Of a stretch of 64,000 nt of DNA, positions 18,832 to 27,800 are shown in pieces. The position numbers and the translations under genes are program-made. Origin of the DNA: Verrucomicrobiota bacterium (GTDB lineage: Bacteria; Verrucomicrobiota; Verrucomicrobiia; Limisphaerales; CANJSG01); assembly GCA_038209745.1 (NCBI GenBank), contig JBBQXJ010000010.1:1-64000 (forward strand), in the 5' to 3' direction. Below the pieces are notes generated by a model. It saw nothing but the letters and a program-made list of their open reading frames with translations, was not told where the DNA came from and searched no databases. The stretch's first letter is position 1. Every line of letters starts with the position of its first letter.

Positions 18832-19146
18832 CCGTGCCACGCCCGTCCGGCGGGTGTTTTTCTTTCAGCCGAAACGATTCAGTGGCGATTAGAGAAAGCG
18901 CCCGCCCCGGGCGCAGTGGACCGTGCCCTCGCGGACCATGGGAGGCGCAGGAAACGATTCACCGCCTGGTGTGTCTGGCTGCGATTCTCATTCATTTCCC
19001 CTGCCTCGTTCCGGTTCAGATCCGTTTTCTCGGGAACGAAAACAGGGTTCGCACCGTTGCTGGACCTCATTAGCCGGGCTTCAGGGCGCGGCGCGCGCCA
19101 CAGGAATGCTTGGCGACAGGCGGGAGTTGACCCACTGTCTCATGCA

Positions 19147-20862
19147 ATGCAGTGGTTGCGAGACGCCTTGGGCAGGTTGCCAAAACAGACCCGAACCGTG
19201 TTGTTCACCTTGGTGGTCGGGTTCGCTGCGGGCGGCCTCACCGTGCTCTTCCAGTTGGCGATCAACGAGGTCTTCCATGCCACGATCGGCCGTTTTGCCA
19301 AGATGGACACGGCCTCCTTCCTGATCTGGAGCTTTGTCTTTCTGGTGGGAGGAGCCCTCGCTTCCGGCTGGCTCCTCAGCTCCTTCTGCAAGGAGGCGGC
19401 CGGCAGCGGCATTCCCCAGCTTAAAACCGCGTTCTGGAAGGACTTCGGCTTCGTGAAGCCCCGGGTCATCTGGGTGAAGTTCGTCGCCGGCATCCTCCAG
19501 GTGGGCACGGGCAGCAGCCTGGGCCGCGAAGGCCCGTCGGTGCAGTTCTCAGGGGCGCTCGGTTCCGCTCTCTCAGGGCTGTCGGGCGAACCCAAGCAGC
19601 GCCGCCGCCTTGGTGCCGCCGCCGGTGCCGCCGCCGGTCTGGCCGCCGCCTTCAACACCCCCCTGGCCGCCGTGACCTTCGTGCTGGAGGAGATCATCGG
19701 CGACCTGAACAGCCGACTGCTCGGCGGCGTGCTGCTGGCCGCCGTGGTGGGCGCTTTGATGACCCACGGCTTCATCGGCTCCCAACCGGCCTTCGAACTC
19801 AGCACCGTTTCCGAGCCCGGATTGACCGCCTACCTGCTCGTGCCGATCGTGGCCGCCGTGGCCACCCTCGTCGGCGTGCTCTTTCAGAAAAGCGCGCTCC
19901 GGCTCCGCTCCGCGTCACGCGGCTGGAGCAAGATTCCACCCGCCTTTCGGCCGGCCATCGGCGGCATCGTCTGCTGGGGACTGGGAGTTCTCGTCTTTCT
20001 ACAGTGCGGCAAACTGGGCGTCTTCGGCCTTGGCTATGGCGACCTGACCGACGCCCTGGCCGGAAAGCTGACCTGGCAGATCGCTCTCGTCCTCGTCCTG
20101 GCGAAACTCGCCGCCACGGTATTCAGCTACGGCACCGGCGGCTGCGGAGGCATTTTCGCCCCGACGCTTTTCTTCGGAGCCATGACCGGCGTGGCCCTCG
20201 CCGGGGTTTTCGGGCTGTTCCTGCCCAACACTTCGATCGATCTGGGCCTGATGGCCATCGTCGGCATGAGCGCCACGCTGGGCGCGGTCGTCGGGGCGCC
20301 CGTCACTTCGATCCTGATCGTGTTCGAGATGACCCACCAGTTCGCCCTCGTCCCTCCCTTGATGATCACGGCGTTGATCAGCCAGGCCATCAGCCGGCGG
20401 CTGCGCCGCGCCAATTTCTACGACGAACTGCTGGAACAGGACGGCCACGACGTGGAGCGGTTCACCCCGCCGCGCGATCTCCGGAGCTGGCACGCCCAAC
20501 CCGTCTCCCACCTGTCCACCCGCAACGTCGTCTGTGTGTCCGATCTCGATCCCGCAGTCCTGAAGCAGACGCTGGGCAAGCATCCTTTCGACCGTTTTCC
20601 CTATGTGAAAGACGGCAAGCTCGCCGGTGTCCTCCGCCGCGAAGACATGGAGGAAGCCATCAAGAACGGCGCCGCTCCCGCCATATTCAAGGCGACCAAT
20701 TGCCGGCCCAACATCACCCTGCGCGGCGCGGAATCTCTTCTCGTCGAGGACGAGACCGGCGCCCTGATCCTCCAGGAAGTGCCCGACGGCCCGCCCACCG
20801 GCATCCTGACCCTCCACGACGTGCTGCGCGCCGAACAATCCGCGGCCGACCGTGGCGAATAG
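19147..20862 (+). CDS. ClC-family chloride/proton antiporter with C-terminal CBS domains
   Basis: GSGIP, GREGP, AAFNTPL, FVLEE, GIFAP and FYD signature motifs, followed by a CBS pair. Start estimated at ATG 19147. Confidence 0.93.
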   Translation: MQWLRDALGRLPKQTRTVLFTLVVGFAAGGLTVLFQLAINEVFHATIGRFAKMDTASFLIWSFVFLVGGALASGWLLSSFCKEAAGSGIPQLKTAFWKDFGFVKPRVIWVKFVAGILQVGTGSSLGREGPSVQFSGALGSALSGLSGEPKQRRRLGAAAGAAAGLAAAFNTPLAAVTFVLEEIIGDLNSRLLGGVLLAAVVGALMTHGFIGSQPAFELSTVSEPGLTAYLLVPIVAAVATLVGVLFQKSALRLRSASRGWSKIPPAFRPAIGGIVCWGLGVLVFLQCGKLGVFGLGYGDLTDALAGKLTWQIALVLVLAKLAATVFSYGTGGCGGIFAPTLFFGAMTGVALAGVFGLFLPNTSIDLGLMAIVGMSATLGAVVGAPVTSILIVFEMTHQFALVPPLMITALISQAISRRLRRANFYDELLEQDGHDVERFTPPRDLRSWHAQPVSHLSTRNVVCVSDLDPAVLKQTLGKHPFDRFPYVKDGKLAGVLRREDMEEAIKNGAAPAIFKATNCRPNITLRGAESLLVEDETGALILQEVPDGPPTGILTLHDVLRAEQSAADRGE

Positions 20863-20898
20863 ACCCTTTCCCGGGATTGTTCCCGGACTGAACCCACC

Positions 20899-20964
20899 AT
20901 GATCCTCCTCGTAAAACTCGCGCTCGCGGCCCTCTCGGGCATCGTGATCGTAGCCCTTCTGTGA
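20899..20964 (+). CDS. candidate 21-aa hydrophobic peptide (not in ORF track)
   Basis: ATG 20899 reads MILLVKLALAALSGIVIVALL; its TGA overlaps the GTG start of the next gene (GTGA at 20961-20964). Confidence 0.4.
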   Translation: MILLVKLALAALSGIVIVALL

Positions 20965-21344
20965 AGCGGTTCCGCTATTGCTGGGACCCGCTGTTTCTCT
21001 CCGGGGTTTCGATGTATGCGGCCAACCGCTGGGTGTTCCGGCCGCACACCACCTCCGCGTTCCTGCGCGGCCAGTTCAACGACCTGCTGCTCATCCCCTG
21101 CGCCCTGCCACCGCTCCTCTGGCTGCACCGCCTCCTCCGCTTGCGGTCCCATGATCGCCCTCCGGAATTTTCCGAAGTGCTCCTGCACGTCGTCGTCTGG
21201 TCCGTGGTCTGCGAAGGCATCGGACCGAAGATCTTCCGCGGCAGCACGGCCGATCCGCTCGACGTCCTGGCGTACCTGGTGGGCGGACTGCTCGCGTGGC
21301 TCTGGTGGCGCGGACGCCGGACCACCACCACCGGCCCTTTGTGA
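20961..21344 (+). CDS. small membrane protein of unknown function
   Basis: 127 aa with about four TM segments and FNDLLLIP and TADPLDVLAY motifs; stop overlaps the next start (GTGA). Confidence 0.75.
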   Translation: MKRFRYCWDPLFLSGVSMYAANRWVFRPHTTSAFLRGQFNDLLLIPCALPPLLWLHRLLRLRSHDRPPEFSEVLLHVVVWSVVCEGIGPKIFRGSTADPLDVLAYLVGGLLAWLWWRGRRTTTTGPL

Positions 21345-21985
21345 GCTTCGATCGTCTGGCCCCGCACTACCGCTGGATGGAATCCGTCCTCGCCGGCGGA
21401 CTGCTCCAACGCTGCCGTCTCGCTTGGCTCGATGAAGTCTCCGATGCCCGACGTGTCTTGATCGTCGGCGAAGGCAATGGCCGCTTCCTCTCCGCCTGCG
21501 CCCAGCGAATGCCCGGGGCGAATTTCACCGTCGTGGACTCCAGTCGCGAAATGCTCGCCCAAGCCGAAGCACGCTGGCAACGCGCCGGCGGACGCAGGGA
21601 AAACCTGTCGATCATCCATGCCGCCCTCCCCCAATGGACGCCCCCGGCCGGCGCCTTCGATCTGGTGGCGACGCACTTCTTCCTCGACTGCTTTCCAGAG
21701 TCCACGCTCCCCGCGGTCGTAGCCAAACTCGCCGATGCAGCCCAAGCAGGCGCCCGATGGCTCCTGTCGGATTTCGAAGTTCCAGAGACGGGTCCCGCCA
21801 GGGTCCGCGCCCAACTGGTGCTCGCGGTCGCCTATGCGTTCTTCCGCGTGGCCACCCGCCTTCCGGCCACGCGATTGGTCCCGCCCGACAATGCCCTGCG
21901 CAACGCCGGATTCATCCGTGAACGCCGCCGCACCTTCAACGCCGGGCTGCTCAAGTCCGAGCTTTGGCGACAAGCTCCCACGTGA
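21341..21985 (+). CDS. class I SAM-dependent methyltransferase
   Basis: FDRLAPHY, VLIVGEGNGRF, VVDSS.EML and FDLVATHFFLDCF motifs; GTG start overlaps the upstream stop. Confidence 0.88.
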   Translation: MSFDRLAPHYRWMESVLAGGLLQRCRLAWLDEVSDARRVLIVGEGNGRFLSACAQRMPGANFTVVDSSREMLAQAEARWQRAGGRRENLSIIHAALPQWTPPAGAFDLVATHFFLDCFPESTLPAVVAKLADAAQAGARWLLSDFEVPETGPARVRAQLVLAVAYAFFRVATRLPATRLVPPDNALRNAGFIRERRRTFNAGLLKSELWRQAPT

Positions 21986-22051
21986 TCGAAGGCGTTGCTC
22001 GCGACCTTTCGCTTGCGCACCGAACACGGATGGCCGACCTATGCCCGGTCT

Positions 22052-22846
22052 ATGGGCGATTTGAACAAGTTTGACCCGGTGCAGCAGGCCGCCGCCGACC
22101 AGTTCTCGAAGCAAAGCCACCGTTACGGCAGGGGCCACATCCTCGAAGACGTCTCCGATCTCGGCGCCGCGCTGGAACACCTGCAATTGCCCGCCCGGGC
22201 CCGGGTGCTCGATGTCGCGACCGGAGGCGGCCACACTGGACTTTTCTTCGCCAGCCTCGGACACGTCGTCACCCTGGCCGACATCTCGACGGCGATGTTG
22301 CAGCGCGCCACGGAATTGGCCGCCGCCCGCGGACTGTCCGTGACCACCCAGCAGCATCCGGCGGAGCGGATCCCCAATCCAGACGCCACCTTCGATCTCG
22401 TCGCCTGCCGGGTCGCGCCGCACCACTTCAGCTCCCCCGCGCGATTCGTCCTCGAAGCGGCCCGTGTTTTGAAGCCCGGCGGTTGGCTTCTCGTGATCGA
22501 CGGCTCCATCCCCGACGGCGAGCCAGAGTCCGAAGAATGGCTCCACTCGGTCGAAAAACTGCGGGATCCAAGCCATGCACGGCTCCTCTCTCCGGCCGCT
22601 TGGAAGGAGCTCTGCGAAGCGGCGCAACTGGACGTCCTGCATGCTGGACTCACACCCCGCAAACAGCCGGACCTGGAATGGTATTTCGAGACCGCCGCCA
22701 CGCCGGCCGAGAACCGGATCAAGGTCCGCGAGCTCATCGCCGGCGCGTCGCCGCGTGTGCGCGAGGTCTTTCGCCTCGGCGAAGAGGAGGGTCGGATAGT
22801 CTGGTGGTGGCCGATGGCCACGCTGGTAGCACGGAAGCCCGAATGA
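22052..22846 (+). CDS. class I SAM-dependent methyltransferase (UbiE/type 11-like)
   Basis: VLDVATGGGHT, AERIP..DATFDLV, HHF and ARVLKPGG motifs. Start estimated at ATG 22052. Confidence 0.9.
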   Translation: MGDLNKFDPVQQAAADQFSKQSHRYGRGHILEDVSDLGAALEHLQLPARARVLDVATGGGHTGLFFASLGHVVTLADISTAMLQRATELAAARGLSVTTQQHPAERIPNPDATFDLVACRVAPHHFSSPARFVLEAARVLKPGGWLLVIDGSIPDGEPESEEWLHSVEKLRDPSHARLLSPAAWKELCEAAQLDVLHAGLTPRKQPDLEWYFETAATPAENRIKVRELIAGASPRVREVFRLGEEEGRIVWWWPMATLVARKPE

Positions 22847-22983
22847 TCGGCTGCCGTTGGGCGAGGCCGAGGCAGCGGAGAGCCCACGGGACTTCCGGAG
22901 TCAGCAACCGGCCACGTCGCGCCCGAACGTGGCACGCGATAAATCGGGAGAAATGACCCAGCGTTCGTGCCCAGTTCCTCCCG

Positions 22984-23325
22984 ATGAAAACGATCACCAC
23001 GGCGGTCTGCGTCCCAGTCCTGCCCATGATCGTTTTGCTGCTCCGGGCCGCAGCGGCCGACGGCATCCAGACTGGGCCGATGGTCCAGATGCATGTTCCC
23101 GGCTTCACGGTCGGCGAGCTGCCGGTTTCGATGACGGCCCAGCACAAAATAGAGTATGGACCCGACGACAAACTCTACGCCGGCCGAGACACCGGACGCC
23201 GCCTCATCCTCCAAACCCCGCCCCGGACCAAGGCCGTGCCTTGTGCGATCACCCTACCGCCGCCGGACGACAAGCGCAGCGCGGTCGATCTCATGCACGA
23301 TCTCCACCCGAAACGATGCAATTGA
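22984..23325 (+). pseudogene. possible decayed 5' fragment of a PVC-type beta-propeller / heme-binding protein gene
   Basis: Signal-like N-terminus, then VQMHVPGFTVGELPVS...IEYGPDDKLYA, which resembles the start of the propeller in large PVC proteins. The ORF then loses recognisable sequence and stops at 113 aa. Similarity is from memory only. Confidence 0.4.
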
Positions 23326-23676
23326 AAACAACACTGGGCGAGGCGAAGATCTCCGTATGAGGGGCATCCTGCCCGTCCCTCGAAGTCTGGAGGGAATCAT
23401 TCAACCGTCCGGGCTGTCGCGGTGATCGAATCGGTTCAGAACCTCCACGCCCCATGGGTCAGGCTGGAATCCTGCATCGCTTTCCACTGCATCGTCCCGG
23501 CGTCAGGAGAAGCGGAACCTGATGACGTTTCTCCTCACCTTCCCGAAGACCGGCAAACATTGAGCAAGCCGACGGCCCGACGACTCGCGCCCAGACCGTG
23601 TCCCGCTGCGCTCGTCGGACTTTTTCTCCGGTCGTGGTTGATCTTTACGAGCCCGACCGTTAAGCGGTTGCGTTCC

Positions 23677-24198
23677 ATGGCTGAAGAGCTGCCACATCCA
23701 GATCATTTCCACATCAGCGCCGCGCAAGGCTGGCTAGGGCTGGGCAATCCCGCCGAGGCGCTGGTGGAGCTCGACCACATCCGGGCCGAATCGCAGGAAA
23801 ACGTCGGTGTGTTGGAGCTGCGGTTCATGGCCTCGGCGCAAGCCAAACGCTTTGACGAAGCCCTGACCGTTGCGGGACGCCAGATCGCGGCGCATCCCGC
23901 CGAAGCGCAGGGCTGGATCAATCGTGGCAACGTGCTCTTCTGGCTCGCCCGCTACCCCGAGGCCCACCAGTCCGTCGTCTCCGTTCTCGACCAGTTCCCC
24001 GACCAATGGACCCTGCGCTACAACCTCGCCTGCTACTGCATCAAACTGGAGCGACTGGCCGAGGCGAAGGAATGGTATGAAGCCGCCGCCAAGACCGCGG
24101 ATCTGGCTGAACTCTCGGTTCTAGCGTTGAACGATCCGGACATGGTCGAGCTGAAGGATTGGGTCCGGAAACGGTCATTGAAGAAGTCCGCGAAATGA
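23677..24198 (+). CDS. small TPR protein
   Basis: HISAAQGWLGLGNPAEALVEL...YNLACY...ALNDPDM, a TPR pattern with a TPR-end-like motif. Start estimated at ATG 23677. Confidence 0.8.
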   Translation: MAEELPHPDHFHISAAQGWLGLGNPAEALVELDHIRAESQENVGVLELRFMASAQAKRFDEALTVAGRQIAAHPAEAQGWINRGNVLFWLARYPEAHQSVVSVLDQFPDQWTLRYNLACYCIKLERLAEAKEWYEAAAKTADLAELSVLALNDPDMVELKDWVRKRSLKKSAK

Positions 24199-24234
24199 CC
24201 CTCAAAGCGGTGCAGAAGCCGTAGGACCCCCGCT

Positions 24235-24645
24235 TCAACCGACCGCGAGATACGGCCGCAGTTTGGCGACGAGATCTTCCGACAACCGCTTGGGTTTCTC
24301 GTTCATCCCGGTGCAGACGTGCGCGGTGGAGCCTTCGACCAGCAGACGGTCGCCGCAGAGAATCCGATAGGCGAAGTTCAGCCGCACCTTGCCCGCTTCC
24401 GTCAGCCACAGTTCGATCGTCAGCAGATCGTCATAACGGGCCATGCCCTTGTAGCGGAGGTTCACCTCGATCACCGGGAAGATCACGTCGGCTTCCTGGA
24501 GCTGGAGCAGCGGCACGCCGAGCGCGCGGACGAACTCCCCACGCGCCTCTTCGAGGATGTCGAGATAGCGGCCGTAGTAGACGTGGTTGCCCACGGTGCA
24601 ACTCGCGTAGATGACACGGTGCGTATGGCGGAAAACTGCGGACAT
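24235..24645 (-). CDS. hotdog-fold acyl-CoA thioesterase (YbgC/4HBT-like)
   Basis: HRVIYASCTVGNHVYYGRYLDILEEARGE, FPVIEVNLRYKGMARYDDLLTI and EGSTAHVC motifs. Start estimated at 24645. Confidence 0.85.
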   Translation of the reverse strand: MSAVFRHTHRVIYASCTVGNHVYYGRYLDILEEARGEFVRALGVPLLQLQEADVIFPVIEVNLRYKGMARYDDLLTIELWLTEAGKVRLNFAYRILCGDRLLVEGSTAHVCTGMNEKPKRLSEDLVAKLRPYLAVG

Positions 24646-24847
24646 GATGGCCGAACGATGTCCGCCCGAGACGCGACCGACAACAGCGAAGCAATAGTTC
24701 CTATTGAGACCCGTGCAACATGGGGGACAGCACACTCAGCGTTGGCACCCAGCCGCAGCCGCCAAAAGAACGGCCAACGGCCAGCGGAGGCTTTTGAAAG
24801 TCGCAGAACCGCGGATCAGGTCTGTGTTCCTGACAAATGCCCAGCAT

Positions 24848-27800
24848 CTACTTCGCCAGCTTCTTCCACACCCGCAGCGCCTCGGTGACGCTCCAGGCCT
24901 GGGCGTCGCAGCCGCGAAGGGCGTGGGGCGCGTCGCCGTCCATGATCTCCGGCAACTGGCCGAGGCAGCCTTCGTTCAGCAACCGCGCCACCCCGCCGAG
25001 ATAGGCCCGCGCGGCCGCGACCGCTTCGGGCGACTCGCCATAGGCCAGGGCCAGCGCCTCGCAGAAAACGGGCAGCGTCCAGCCCCAGGTGGTGCCGTTG
25101 TGGTAGGCGGGCTTGCGCCGCGTGTCTTCGTCGCCTTCGTAGCGGTCCCAATACGGATTGGCCGGATCGTTCAGCAGACGGCCGTCGTTGCCGTAGACCG
25201 CATGCGGCGGCGTCGCGGGCAGCGGCGCCAACGACCGGAGCGATCCAGGCACCACCAGCCATTGCCGCGCCGCTTCGACGCTGGTCCGGGCCTTCGGACC
25301 GGTGACCAGTCCAAGGCCAACGAGGAAGAGCATGTTGCTCCGGAGCACCTGGTCGACGACGCACTCGGCCGCGGGTTTGCCGGGAGGACCGATCAGGCAG
25401 TCGCCGAACCAGCCCTTGTCCGCCACCCAGAAGAGCTCGTCCACTTTGAGGCGGGCCCGTTCCGCCAAGATCCCCCAAGGCTCGTTCGCCGGTGCGGCGT
25501 CGAGGCGATCCAGCTGCTTCAGCAGCCGGATCCAGAGCGCCTCGATCTCCACCGGATAGCCCGCGCGCGGCGTGCCGGCGGGGAAGTTCGTATCCATCCA
25601 GGTGAAGTGGCTCGGGCTCCAGACCAGGGCCGACGCCGGATCGACCCGGATGCCATTGGGCGTGCCCCGCAGATAGCCCGAGGCGATCTCGCGCAGCACC
25701 TCGGTGATGGTGCGGCCCTGCTCGTCCACGTGTTCCGCATAGAACCGCGCGACCTCGGCGTCGCCGGACGTCTTCCGGATGAAGTCCGCCGTCTCTTCCG
25801 CCACCACGCCATACCAGAGCGGCGCGTCGCTGGTGTCGCGGTTCGACGCGTTGTCGCCGTGGATGGTGTTCGGCAGGGTGCCGTTCTCCACGAACCGCCC
25901 GAAGGTGATCAATATCTCCGTCACGGTCTGCAACCCGCCTCCGGCCAACAACCCACGCGCGGCGATCAAGGTGTCGCGGCCCCAGTCCAGGAACCAAGGG
26001 TAGCCGGCGATGACGGACTTGCCGACGCCGCGCCGCACCACGAAGGCCCGGGACGCGATGGCGAGCTGTCGTCCAAGTCCGTCGTGGGATTCCACGCCGG
26101 CGCGCTCCACCGCCACGCGGTCTTCGGCTTCGCGCATGGTCGACGCCTGATGGCAGGTCTCGGGCGACGGATCGGCGGCCTCGGCGGTGAGGACCAGCAT
26201 GGCCGACCCTTCCGCGGCCAGCGGCAGGTCGAACCAGCCCGGACTGTAGGCGTCGCCGTGGCCGACCTGTCCGCGGGTCTCTTCCACCGGATGTTTGCAG
26301 GCCGACCATTCCTCGCCCGGAAAGAACGTGCCGCCGTCCGCATAGACCCGGAAGAACCGGTCCGCGGCCGGAGTGAAGGCAAACCCGGGACGATCCTTGA
26401 ACGGCTGGATGTGCGAACGGAAATGATGCTCCGCGCCTTCGTTGTGCTCCGTCTGGGAATGGAAGCTCCGGTCCTCGACGTCGACGCGCAGCGTGAGCCG
26501 CACGGAGATGGCCCTGCAGCCCGGCCTACGGTTGAACCGCAGCACGACCGTGTTCTGTCCCTCGATCATGTCGGCCGTGAGCTGCACGTCGACCGTGCGC
26601 TCGTCGCCGGCGTGGGCCCGGAAGGTCCACACGGCCGGAGGGCCGGGCTTGAACGAGGCCAGGTTCTGCAGATCCAACGCGGTGATGAAGCCGTCCGTGT
26701 TGATCCACGCTCGGACGCGCTTCGCGAAGACGTGGCGGTCCACCGGCAGCTCGGCATCGAGATTGGCGCCCAGAAGACAGTCGTATTTGGAGAAGACGCG
26801 GCCCAGATCGACCGCCATCCGCGCCATGCCGCCTCGGCCATTGGTCAAGAGGACCGTGGCCTGCTCCGAAGCGGGGGAGGTCACGTCGAATTCGCCGGAG
26901 AATCCGGGACGATCCGCCAAGAGGATCCAATCCGCCTTCAGCCGCGAAACAGGATCGCCGAAGCGCACCAAGGAAACGGAAGCCGGCGCCTCCATCGCGC
27001 CGCCGCGAGTGGCGCCCGCGTGGAACGACGGCGGCACGACGGCGATATGCCCGTCCCGCACGGGCACCGATTCCAGATGCAGCGTCGGGCAAAGGTCCAA
27101 GTGGGGCCGCGGCAGGTGCGACACCGCCGGGATCTGGAGGGTGGCCCGGAACGGACGGGAATCCTTCAGCACGACCCAGTGCCCCGGCGGCACCGGCGTG
27201 ACCCGGCGCACATCGGCCGGCGTCCACAGCACGACGGACGGAAAGAGCGACGCCGACCGATCAAGCCAAGAGCGGAGCGAAGAACCGATCGCCCCGGCGG
27301 CCGTGTCCGGACCGCTCCCGGATGAGATCAACTGCGATACCGCCGCGAAAAAGCCGACCGCGTCGTCGTCCACCGCTTCGGCGATCTCGGCCGCATCCCA
27401 GCAAGGCAACGCCTCCGGCATCAGCACTGCGGCCAATGATTCCGCGGCCAGGGCCGCACGTGCTCGGACTCCGCGATACGCGTCGCCCGAGAGTCCCATG
27501 ATCGTCGCAGAACCCGCCAAGCACACCGTGCCAGCAGGCCTGAGATTCAAGAGCACCTTGCCGGAGTTCGTGACGGTTTGATGGAAGACCGATTCCTCTC
27601 CCGATGGGATTCGCGAGGGATGGGCTCCGGCGTCATCGTCGAGCAGGTTCACCGGAGACTTTCCCAGAAACGCCAGGGTCTCGGCGGTCAATTCCAACCC
27701 GTACTCCGCCGCCGGATCCGTGTTTATGAGCACGAGCACCGAGTCTTGCCCATCCGCGGAATCTCGGCGCAACGCATAGACGGGCGCTCCAGGCGGACTC

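Noticed and set aside
27590..27626. Possible second copy of the 12775 palindrome arm in a linker of the debranching enzyme
   Set aside because: The resemblance is weak and there is no partner arm, so it cannot be told from chance in GC-rich DNA.
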